Assembly: GCF_036321535.1 (NCBI RefSeq)
Contig: NC_087437.1
Coordinates: 81,718,001 to 81,782,000 of the forward strand
Source: Camelus dromedarius
Lineage: Eukaryota
Direction of reading: 5' to 3'
Length of the DNA: 64,000 nt
Under the pieces are notes generated by a model. It searched no databases. It was not told where the DNA came from and saw nothing but the letters and a program-made list of their open reading frames with translations. Below are positions 13,111-23,600 of this stretch, in pieces; within the stretch, counting starts at the first letter, position 1; each line of letters starts with the position of its first letter. Both the position numbers and the translations under genes were made by a program.

Positions 13111-14778
13111 TGCAATCTAAATCTCATCATTTCACCTCCTCTCTTCTAATCATTCACCAGATAGCCAGCTATTTTAAGGGGGCCGGGGTAGGGGGACTGG
13201 AGATAAAAAGGGGGCCATGGCTCATCCTAGAATGCATTTATCTAAGAAGTGTCAAAGAAACATTGACACTGTTAACAGGTAAAAGGAGAATGAAGCTATC
13301 TGAAACTTGGTTAGGAGCGATAAAGACTTCAAAGGGCTGTGCTCATTTCAAACCAAGGCTGGTACTCAGCAATGGACTTGTGAGCCAGTCCTGAGAACAG
13401 GGACACCCGGGCTGCGCGCCTGAGTGACTCTCCTGGCTCCGACAAGGGGTAATGGGCTTCCCTGTGTCGCACCCAGGAGATCTCTGCTCCACAGTCCTAT
13501 CATTTAGGAAAATCCAGAGACAAAAACTGTTGACAAGGGCAGGCGGTGGCGCCGTGGGATTCCGATGGACGTCTGGCAAAGGAAAACCACCAGCAGCTGA
13601 CTGATGCTGGTTTTCCTTTATTAAGATTTGGTTAATAAAGCCCCTACCATAAAACAAACCAGCTGAAAAACCAGCCTTCACGGGGGAGGCCTTAGTGCCG
13701 GCTGCGAAGGATGATGTAGTTGTCGCCAAGTCTGGAGATTTTTTATTAACGTGAACACTTTGGACCTGGGTGCTCAGGGGTCACACAGAGCGGGTGGGAA
13801 GCTGGCACTGCCCTGAGGGAGCATACTCTCTCCTCTGTCCTGGAGGCCAGAATGATGTGCAGGAAGCTGAGAGAAATCTACGTAAGGCGAGTAAGGGATT
13901 CATGCTAAACTATGCAAGGGGATTTGGAAGGATACAAAGATCCATGTGAGATGAGTCCCTTGAGAGCAGGGCCCCAGCTGGCTCATTTTGGTATCCTTGG
14001 CATTGTAAATTTGTCACACAAGGGAGGGGTTAATTGGTTAAATTGCAAATAAAGGTTAAATCTACACTTATAGTCACCCATAATTTCACCCTACCCAATT
14101 TTATACCTGCTGCATCTGCTCATACGCTCAGAATAAATGCCTAAGTAAAAGCACCTCATGACCCCAATAGTTTCTAAACACTCACACTCACACAAATGCC
14201 TGAACACATTAACACCCAAACACACGCTCACAAACTCTCATTGATTTGCACTTTTCTTGTCTCTCTTGATCTCACTTTTTCTCCCTCCAGAATTGTTGCC
14301 AGGAATTGGAGAAAGAAAGGCTAGTTGTTCCAAGCCTTTACCAGCCATCCACAAAAGCACAAGGATGAAGAATTAGAAAAGCAGAGGAAGAAGACAAGAG
14401 CGAGATGACAGGAGAGGGAAGAGGAAGAAGAGGAGAGAAAGCCCAGTGTGGGTGGGGAGTTAACTGAGTGCTGAGGCTCTTCCCCTAACAGGGACGAGGA
14501 GGGTGGCTTGGAGCCTTTGTGGCAGAGTAAGAAAGAGTCTTACAAAGATAAACCACTTTGGGCTTGGTGACTTGTGGAGAAGTAGAAAAAAGGAACTACA
14601 GCTGCAATCTGTCATCAATTCCGGCCACTTACTTTTCTTCGAAGGTTTAGTTTCTTGTGGACAGACTTGCTTTTATATAGATTTTTTTTTCCCGCATTGA
14701 GCCAACTTTAGTGCAAAGTGAAACAAGGAGTACTTTTTTGGAGAAGTCTTGACTACTTGATGAGTTGCATGTGCCTTT

Positions 14779-15221
14779 TGTGGTGGTTAATTTTATGTGT
14801 GAACTTGACTGGGCCATGGTGCCCAGATATTTGGTCAAACATTATTCTGGATGTTTCTGTAAGGCTGTCGTTGTTGTTGTTGTTTTTGTTGTTTGTAAGG
14901 CTGTTTTTGGGTGAGATTTCCATTTAAACCAGTAGACTGAGTAAAACAGATAGCCCTCCACAATGTGAGTGGGTCTCATCTAATCCGTGGAAAGCCTGAA
15001 TAGAACAAAACGTTAGCTTCCCTTGAGCAAGAGGGAATTCTCCAGCTGACAGACTTTGGGCTCTGTCTGCAATGTCAGTTCTTCCTGGTGTTCCAGCAGA
15101 CGGCCTTTTGGCTTGAACTGCATGCAACCTTTTCCTGAACATTCAGCCTGCTAGCCCCACCATCAGATTTTACACTTGAGAAGCCTCCACAATCATGTCA
15201 GCCAATTCCTGAAAATAAATC

Positions 15222-15268
<47 letters not shown>

Positions 15269-15307
15269 CCTATTGGTCCTGTTTCTCTGGAGATCCTTAG
15301 CCAAGAC
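14779..15307 (+). mobile_element. ERVL LTR, MLT2-type, with internal (CA)n
   Basis: Starts tgtggtggttaattttatgtgtgaacttgactgggcc, ends cctattggtcctgtttctctggag...aca; aataaa at about 15214. Confidence 0.88.
15227..15266. repeat. (CA)n microsatellite, about 20 units
   Basis: Direct reading of the sequence. Confidence 0.95.
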
Positions 15308-15536
15308 AGCATCTTATAAGCTGACCAACAAGGTTGAGATGTGACAAATGTGTTCACACCTCCTTCCAATCAGCCCCATAACTGAGGAGTGCGGACTAAA
15401 AGGGCGGCAGCCCAGGATCTGAAGTCACTGGGCTTGGTTCCTGTGTGAGCCCTGTTCCTTCCTAGCTTTCTGCCCTGCATAGTCACCTAAGCTCAAGAAA
15501 CAACTGTTCAGATGATTAGAGCACTGCCAACCTGTG

Positions 15537-15995
15537 GTATATTAGTTTTCTATTATTACTGTAACAAATTACCACACTCAGTGCTTAAAACAACAGAAAT
15601 TAATTTTCTTACAGTTCTAGAGGTCAGACTCTCAAATGAAGGTGTCAGCAGGACGTCTGGAGCTACAGAAGATGATCTGTTTTTTGCTTCTTTCAGCTTC
15701 TAGAGGACTCCCGCAGTCTTTGGATCACGACCCCTTCTCTGTATCACTCCAGCCTCTTGCTTCCATTGCCATAGCTCCTTCTACTCTTCCGACCTCCTGC
15801 CTCTCTTTTATAAGGACCCTTATGATTACATTGGGCCCATCCAAGTAATCCAGGATAACCTCCCCATACCAGTATCCTTACCTTAATCACATCTGCAACG
15901 TTTCTTTTGCCATGCGAGATGACATTCACAGGTTCCAAGGATTAGGATGTGGGTATCTTCGGAGTGGGAGGTGGGGTGTAATTATTCAGCCTACC
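15537..15995 (-). mobile_element. MaLR LTR, MLT1C/D-like
   Basis: gtatattagttttcta...gtaacaaattaccac...taaggacccttatgattacattgggccc...ttcagcctacca. Confidence 0.85.
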
Positions 15996-16361
15996 AGATC
16001 TGGTCACCAGGGCTCACTGCTTACAGATGAAAGATGAGACAGAGGAGGGATTCCAAGATTTCAGAGTTGGTATTTGAAACCATTTTGGTTATTTTATTTT
16101 ATTTGGAAAAGTACTTGACTGCTTGGCGAATGTAGAATGTTGCAACAAAGAAATGTTTTCTTGGCTGCTAAAGAGACAAATATGTGTAGATACTATGTTT
16201 TTCTTTAACAATGAAAATTCAGCTCTTAGAGTCATCACAGAGTAAAGCTTCACTCACCTTAAGAAATAAAATACTATAAATATGGTTTTTAAAGTATAAT
16301 ATTCTAGTTATCTAGGTACATAAATCTATGGAGTCTCTTGTCCTGGCAGCTTTTCCAAGGA

Positions 16362-16575
16362 CAGTTGACCTTTGAACAACACGGGTTTGAACAGCATATG
16401 GCTACTTATACAAAGATTTTTTTCAATAAATACTACAGTACTACATGATCCACAGTTGGTTGAACCCATGAATGCAAAACCATAGATACTAAGGGCCAGC
16501 TATAAAGTTACAGGTGGATTCTCGACTGCACAGGGGTCTGTGCCACTAACCCCTGCGTTGTTCAAGGGTCAGCTG
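16362..16575. mobile_element. Tigger2-derived MITE (MER8-like)
   Basis: TIRs cagttgacctttgaacaacacggg ... ccctgcgttgttcaagggtcagctg followed by TA; similar throughout to 6150-6373. Confidence 0.85.
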
Positions 16576-17287
16576 TACTTCGTTCAGTCTCCTGTAAGTG
16601 ACATTTAGCAGGAATTCAAACCTTTTAAGATGAACCCTGAGAAGCTCCCTCAACACATATAATTCAAATGCCACAAATCCATGTCATTATCTGCATTCTA
16701 GAATATGTCATCCCAATATAAGTTTTAGAATTGTGTTGGGCCCTCAAACGTTGAGTGGTTTTTGAGAGATTCAGTCACTTTCCATGCTTCCCTCTTGGCT
16801 ACATGGGAATTTTAGGGAAATCCCTGCACTTTCTTTTGGCGTACTTATGTATTTTGGGTGCTGAGGCACTGCTATAACCTTGGTTTACTCTTTGCAGAAA
16901 AGACTTCATTTTGACTCAACAGAAAGGAGAAAACATTTAATAAATCAGTTTTCAAAAACCACCCTTATCACTCAATTCAACGCTAACAATTGCTGTTGGG
17001 AAGTCTATCATTTCAACCAGCCCACGAAGACTCATTGTCTGAGCCTGACTGATGGTTAAAAGGAGTCACTTAATCCTGGGGACCCCAGAATTACTTACTC
17101 TTGTCTGGTGATGCCACTCTTCTAGGTATTCACCTACCTTCAGGCACAAGGGCTTCAAATAAATACCCAAGACTTGGTTTAGAGCTCAAGGATGATTTAT
17201 CTTCCCCATTCTCAGGACATTTTACTATACCTAATTAGGCCTCCTCCTCCTCTTCTTTTCTTCTTCTTCACTCTGAAACTCTCATTA

Positions 17288-17293
17288 TTTATT
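17288..17293 (-). terminator. Probable TMEM30C polyadenylation signal AATAAA
   Basis: tttatt on the + strand, about 140 nt past the stop codon. Confidence 0.6.
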
Positions 17294-17433
17294 CATCTGG
17301 GAATGTACTTGATCAGTTAATTCAGTTCCTTTGATGAAATATCCCAGTCATGTTGAACCTTGTCAGGGATCTTTGGCTCCATTACTTCACCGTCCATTTC
17401 TGTGTTTTCTGCTTTTCTTTTTAAAGCTTGACT

Positions 17434-17624
17434 TTACTCCTGGTGAAATAACGTTTTCCTTTCTTTCAGCCTCAAGTGAATTGCCATCATGGCAAAGAAG
17501 GCCAGCCACGTCAGGGCTCCTGTCACTGTGTAGGCGAGACCTAAGAAGAGGCTACTGCCTCCACTCCATGTCAGGGTGGAAAGAACAACTGATTTTTCTC
17601 CTTGAAACTTGGTTACTGGAAAAT
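17434..17624 (-). CDS. TMEM30C: TMEM30C coding exon 7 (TM2 and stop)
   Basis: ttttcttag|AT TTT CCA...GAG TAA; encodes (N)[62 protein letters not shown]; absent from the ORF track. Confidence 0.95.
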
Positions 17625-20600
17625 CTAAGAAAAGAAAACCTGTTAAGGATCTGTCTCAGCACGTCTCAGCACCACCTCAACATATCCTAAATACATTAGG
17701 TTGAACCATATAATATTCCTGTTTTTGTAGGTAAAAAATGGTCGAATATTCAATTTCATACAGTCTGATCTTTACCAAGCAGTATGTTGTACTTGCTGGA
17801 AGGAAATTAAATAAAGACACGCCTTCCCTCTTACATAGTTATAATCTACAAAAGAAATTCTGACACAAATAGATCTGAACAACTTAGAAACAACTCAGTA
17901 ATGAACAAATATATTTAATTTTCTTCGGCAAACTCAAGGAAAAGAAAAGAATACAGATAGATTTTACAGTAAATCTAAATTTTTGTTTATGGATCAGGAT
18001 ACTGAGGGTAGGCTAAAGTCTTTCATAGGCTAAGGTTTGAATTTCTACTTCAGGGAAAATTCTTCAAAAGGAGTGAAGAGGAAAAAAAAAGGAGATAGAT
18101 GGCAAAACATTTTTAGTAGGAAAACTAAAGGTGGTGCATTCATTTGGGTTTTGAAAAGGCCAGCATCCCTCACTGCTGGGGAGAAAGTGTTTGAAGTGGG
18201 TTTGCTATCATTAGCATTTTAATGATGTCATTCTGATTATGCATGTGGCTTGAGGTTTTTAAACATCTGGTGCCTTTTGTAAACCAAACTAATAAACAAA
18301 TAAAGTCTTCTCATAGCAACGGCATTTCCCAGCAAAGCTCTTAAAAGGCCTCAAATCATTTGGCATCATGCTATTTAAAGGCACAAGGAAACTTGTTAGG
18401 AAACTCAGTCTCTTTCTTTTACATCAAAATTCTTCATTGTAGGGGCAGAAGGGATAAATTTGGAGTTTGGGATTAACAGATACACACCACTATATATAAA
18501 ATAAACAACAAGGACCTACTATATAGCTCAGAGAACTACATTCAGTTTCTTATAATGACCTATAACGGACAAGAATATGAAAAAGAATTGTTATATATGT
18601 ATAACTGAATCACTTTGTTGTACTCCTGACACTAACACAACACTGTAAATTGACTATATTTCAAAATAAAAAATTCCTCATTGTCACCAGGTCCTTGGGT
18701 GCTATCTCAACTCAGCCACCTGGCTGTTGTCTTCTCTTGTCAGTTTCGTTAAGAGGGTCTTTGCCCTCTTAGAAGTGGTAGGCATTTTCTGCAGCTCAGG
18801 CTTAGGACTCCTTGCATATTAGCCAGGCTGTGAGGCAGGATGGGTAACACTCACACCAGGGTTCAACGCAGGCATAGGACCAAAGCTCAGGATTGAGATT
18901 CTGCACAAAGATTTAGCTTTGAGAATCATCAGAATTAAAATATGACTGTGAGTGAAGACGCCCAGGGAGGGCGTGTTTTAAGAGGACAAATAGTGTCTCT
19001 CATGTTTGGAATGTGGACGCCCTTCCTTTTCCCCTCAACCTCAAACTCACTGTAATGCATTGTGAGGGCAGCAGTACACGATGTGTTATTTTTCCTGTAT
19101 CTTGATTGCAACCATAACTGCTTTACTGGTAGGGCAATCACAGACAAACTTGTTGGGAACAGAAGGTCCAACTCGAGAGATTACAGTCAAGCAACTTCCA
19201 ATCTCAAATTCTGAGGGGTGGAGGGAGAGGGGGTTGCTGAAATCCTATTTAAAAGGTAGTATTCTACGGCTTACTTTCTGATCTGCACATATAATGCTGC
19301 GTAAGACAGAGCAATTTCTGGCTTTCTTTTTCATAGAACAGAGTTAGAGACCATGCTAGAGGAATGGCTGAAGGAATCCATACTCCTGGTCAGTAAACAT
19401 AAGGAGGCAACAAGTTGAGAGGTAGAGATGGTGTCACATCAGTGGGAGTATCTCTGCTCGAGGACTGTCCCCATTCCCCTGTCAGAGTGGAGATGTCTGT
19501 GTTCTGCTCCAAGATAGAAAAGAAGAAAAGATGGAGCAGGGAACTGGAACACATACCATCATTCACTGATCCTAAGAATCTCTCAACCAAGCTCCCTGAG
19601 AGACAAAGGAGGTAGAGAGTTTGGTGTTCAGATCCGCTGGCCTGCTGGGGGTCCCACAAATGACTCCTGGCCAGTAGCTCTGAGAAGGTGCTAATGCCTA
19701 ATTGGGCTGACGTCTCAAAGCTGTGTGCAAGCCCTGGAGAGATTCTGCCTCAGGGAGAATCGGGAAGGGACTTTAAGTCTGAAGACCAGAGTTAGTATAA
19801 ATTGTGTTTAAGTATATCATTTTTAAAAGATAATGTTTAGTGTCATTTTGAAATCCTTTTTGTTCTTAAGTCAAGAATTACGTTTGTATTTTTAAATTCA
19901 GTGAAAACATTCAGAATCTCATAATAAAGCACGTCTCCTGACATGGCCCGTGTGTCCACACCCAAGGCCCTGGCTCCTGCTAGCCGGCTCCATACCTAAT
20001 ACAGGGAGGAACAGAGGGAGGACCCAGCACTCTCAGGGCAGAGCTTGTACCACGGCTCTGGGGGGCTAAATGAATGGAACCTGCCCGCTGGATCCAGGGC
20101 TCCCTTGGCTATGATACTTAAAAGGATACTGTAGGTGATTCCGAAACTATAGCTACCAGCCGGCAAGCCTTCAGTAAAATGTTGTATTCGACTGAGTCGG
20201 CGGTAAAGCTTTTTGAAAGTGGGAAAGGCGGCCGTCCGCATCCACACGATGAAGTCCTCATTGATGAAGCCATTGTTTTCTGGATCCTCTTCATCCAGTT
20301 CATAGACGGGCTTGGGCCAGGATGGGGGCTTTGCAGTTCCTGTGGAGAGTTAACAATGGATGTGGTTGAGAAAAATCATCTGCTCTCTTCAGTTTTCCTT
20401 AAAGTGTAGAGAATGAAACAACTTTCACATTCTTGAGGAAAGAGAAGTCGAAATTCTACTTTTAAAAAAAGTGTATGTGTTTAAGCTGCTGGAGTATACA
20501 ACCATTACAAATAATAGTTACAGAGACTCTAGAGAAATGTGGGGAGAAATGCTGATGATATTGCTATAGGGTTTAAAAAAGCAGAATATCATATTATATG

Positions 20601-23600
20601 TGTATGATGTGTTCAACTATATTAAATGCATAATAAAGCATTGAAAAAATAGGTAGAGCAAAATGATAACGGTGGTGGTATTCCGTGATAGCATCATGGG
20701 GAATGTCTTCATTTTCTTTAACTTCACTAGTAATCTGAAAACAGCAAATTAAAACAAGATACTGTTTCACCTAAAAATGATTTAACATTTATAGACAAGA
20801 ATTAGAACCATCAATGAGGCAATAGAAATGGGAACTCTTGCACAGAGCAGATGTGTGTGTAGATTAACCATATCTTTGGCAATCTAGGAAGATGCAGCAA
20901 AAGGTTTAAGGTATTTTGCATACATTTGGGCCTGGAATGTCTACTTCTAGGACTGTATTCTAAGGAAATAATCATGGAAGTGCAGGAAGATCATGTTACA
21001 CAGAGATTCCCTGCAGCCCTGTGCCTAAGAGCTCAAAGTCGGAAGCAAGGAAGAGGAATTGGTAAAAGGGAGAAGGTGGACAGCAAACGTGTTGCAAGCC
21101 TGTTCCAAAGGCAGGAAGCCGGGTAGGTTTGGGTGCTGTGCCGAGGAATGTTGGCAGCACAGGGTGGAAGACCAGTGTCAGGAGCTCAGTCTGTTGAGTT
21201 GACCCCCCACTTTAATGCGTGGGCATGTCTGTCTTTCCCACTCTATGGCTGTTTCTTGAGTACAATATCTCCCTCAACTTTTTTTCACTGGCATTTAGTC
21301 CAGAGCCTGGCATGTGGTACGTGGTTCAATAAATGCTTGTAAAGGGATGAGCGAGTCCAATGAGAGCAGACAGAAGTTGACAGTAGAAAGCATTCTGAAT
21401 TTTAAAGAAAGTCAGCAAGAGTTCAGTGAAATTTTTACTTCCATAAAACTGGTTCTACTATTTGTAGGAAACCATTCTTTCTCAACTCTGACCACTGACA
21501 ATTTTCTTCTAAAAGAGACCCAGTCCTGTTTTCTAAGCATGGGTTGCAGTGCTTATAAAAGCATGTGCCAAATTTTGTTGGATTAATCTGCTGAAGTATG
21601 TTTCTATACTTATTCTTCCTCTGGAAATAATCCTTTGCTGGAGAAACTTCCTCTGAAAAAATTGTGCAGCTCACTTATGTTGGCCCTTCCTAAGACTTTA
21701 ATTGCTGTTGCCAGAAGGATTTTGATCAAAATCAAAATTACCTTTGGTACCTGCATATGGACCTTACCCTCTCTCCACTTTAGCCAGGGCTTATGCCCCA
21801 AGGCTACATGTCCTATGGGCCACTGATATCTGAATCACCCAGGGAGTAAAAACAACGTAGGTTCAAGCACGTCTTTCTTTACCAACCTCTGATCTCACCC
21901 CAACCTATTTCTTCAGAGGATATGAGAGGCATGGTGTAGGAAGTACCAACTTCTTTCATTTTCTGAGTTCAGCTGGGTCATTTGTGTTCATCCATTCACT
22001 CAACAATAAGCACTTCTTGATTGCTCATTTGTGTCAAGCACCAGGGATACAAAACTACACACGATCCAATCCTTTTTCTCAAGGAATTCACATACTGAAG
22101 TGGGGATGACAGGTATTCAAACAGATAATTATGGTATAACATGGTAACTCTTATAACACAAGTTAAGAACAAAGTGCAGGAGATAAGAGAATGCCAAGGA
22201 TGCTTTGTGTTACAGGCCTGTGGTTATGGTAAGACAAAACAATAGAAGGTTGCCAATTTCCTTTCAAAAACTGGGAATTTAATTATAGATACAGTGACCA
22301 TACATGCCAGTTTGCCTAAGACAGTCTGGTTGTTTTACATACATAATTAACTGTATCCAAGCAAGCTACAATATTTTGTTATCAAAAGGTTTATTTACGT
22401 CTGTCGTCCATTATCTCATCTAATTTAGCATTTATACCAAACAAATAATATACATACAATTTGATCCTTCCAGCTGCCAGCCATCATCTTCATAGTCGTG
22501 ACAGAGACCCGTGTGCAATGAATAGAGAGCTTACTTTAACATGTCACTAATGAAAGATAACAAGAGGCCCTTCACAGCAAAACATAACAGATCCCTGTGA
22601 CCCCTGCCGCTGTGTGACCTTCCAGCCAGTTAGGCCATAGCCTCTGTTTTGGCCTGTGAGATGTGTGAAGCTGCCAGGGTGCAAGTCAGTGGGGTCAGTG
22701 GGAAATGTGGGGTAGCACAGATTATGTTATACATGCATGACGCCGTGTGAAAAATAGATGCTGAACAGTCTTGCTGAGAGTACTTTGAACTCTCTTGCAA
22801 CAGTGTTATTTATTATATGCTGTAAATTTACAACTATTTTATTGTTTGGTATTGTTTTTTTTTTATTTGCTAGTAAATCCCTTTAGCTGTGAAGAGCTAA
22901 AAAATGGAACATACATGTTTAATGTGAAATTAAGAATTCTTTTTCAAAGAAAGTTGATGATGTGATAACTGCAATGTTGGTTGACATTTACCCCCCACTA
23001 TGGGAACTATCATGATGTCAATGACCACGGGAAAATCAAAAGATATAAATCTGCTGAAGAACATCAGAATCTACTCCAAAAATTTGTGTGTATTTTCAAA
23101 AGAATGTATTCAAAGACAATGCTTTACCTCATATAGCTAGTGAAAGTCTATTTATATATCATTATGTGAGCATGAATTTTTTTTTTAATATATATATTTT
23201 TATTGAAGTATAGTCAGTTTACAATGTGTCAGTTTCTGGTCTAGAGCATGGCTTTTTATTTAGGTCAAATGAGTTTCCCTTTACTTTCACTTTTTTATTA
23301 ATTATTTTTGTAATCAAAGGAAAGCTTTAATGTGTTGGCTCTATGAGCACAAAAAGAACTTTGTAAACAGTTAAATGAGGCCATTTTTATATCTATGTCT
23401 TCAGATGTATCCATCCATCTGAATATATTGGTTTGATTTTTTAAATTTGCTTCTTCATGGAATCAAAGCAAAGATTCTCAATATTCAATCTTGGAAGATA
23501 AAACCTCTGACATTATTATAAATATTACCATAAATTCAGTTAAAAAATTAAGCAATCAAGTGTAAATTTTTTGGTTTTGTAGTGATAACATAAATGCAAA

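Larger units (their letters stand above)
17625..20129 (-). other. TMEM30C: U12-type (minor spliceosome) GT-AG intron, last intron of TMEM30C, 2505 nt
   Basis: 5' splice site GTATCCTTT (20129-20121); branch site TCCTTAAC (17649-17642) followed by 17 nt ending in the acceptor AG. Confidence 0.93.

Noticed and set aside
17331..17690. 119-aa plus-strand ORF
   Set aside because: It is the antisense shadow of TMEM30C exon 7 and has no independent coding signal.
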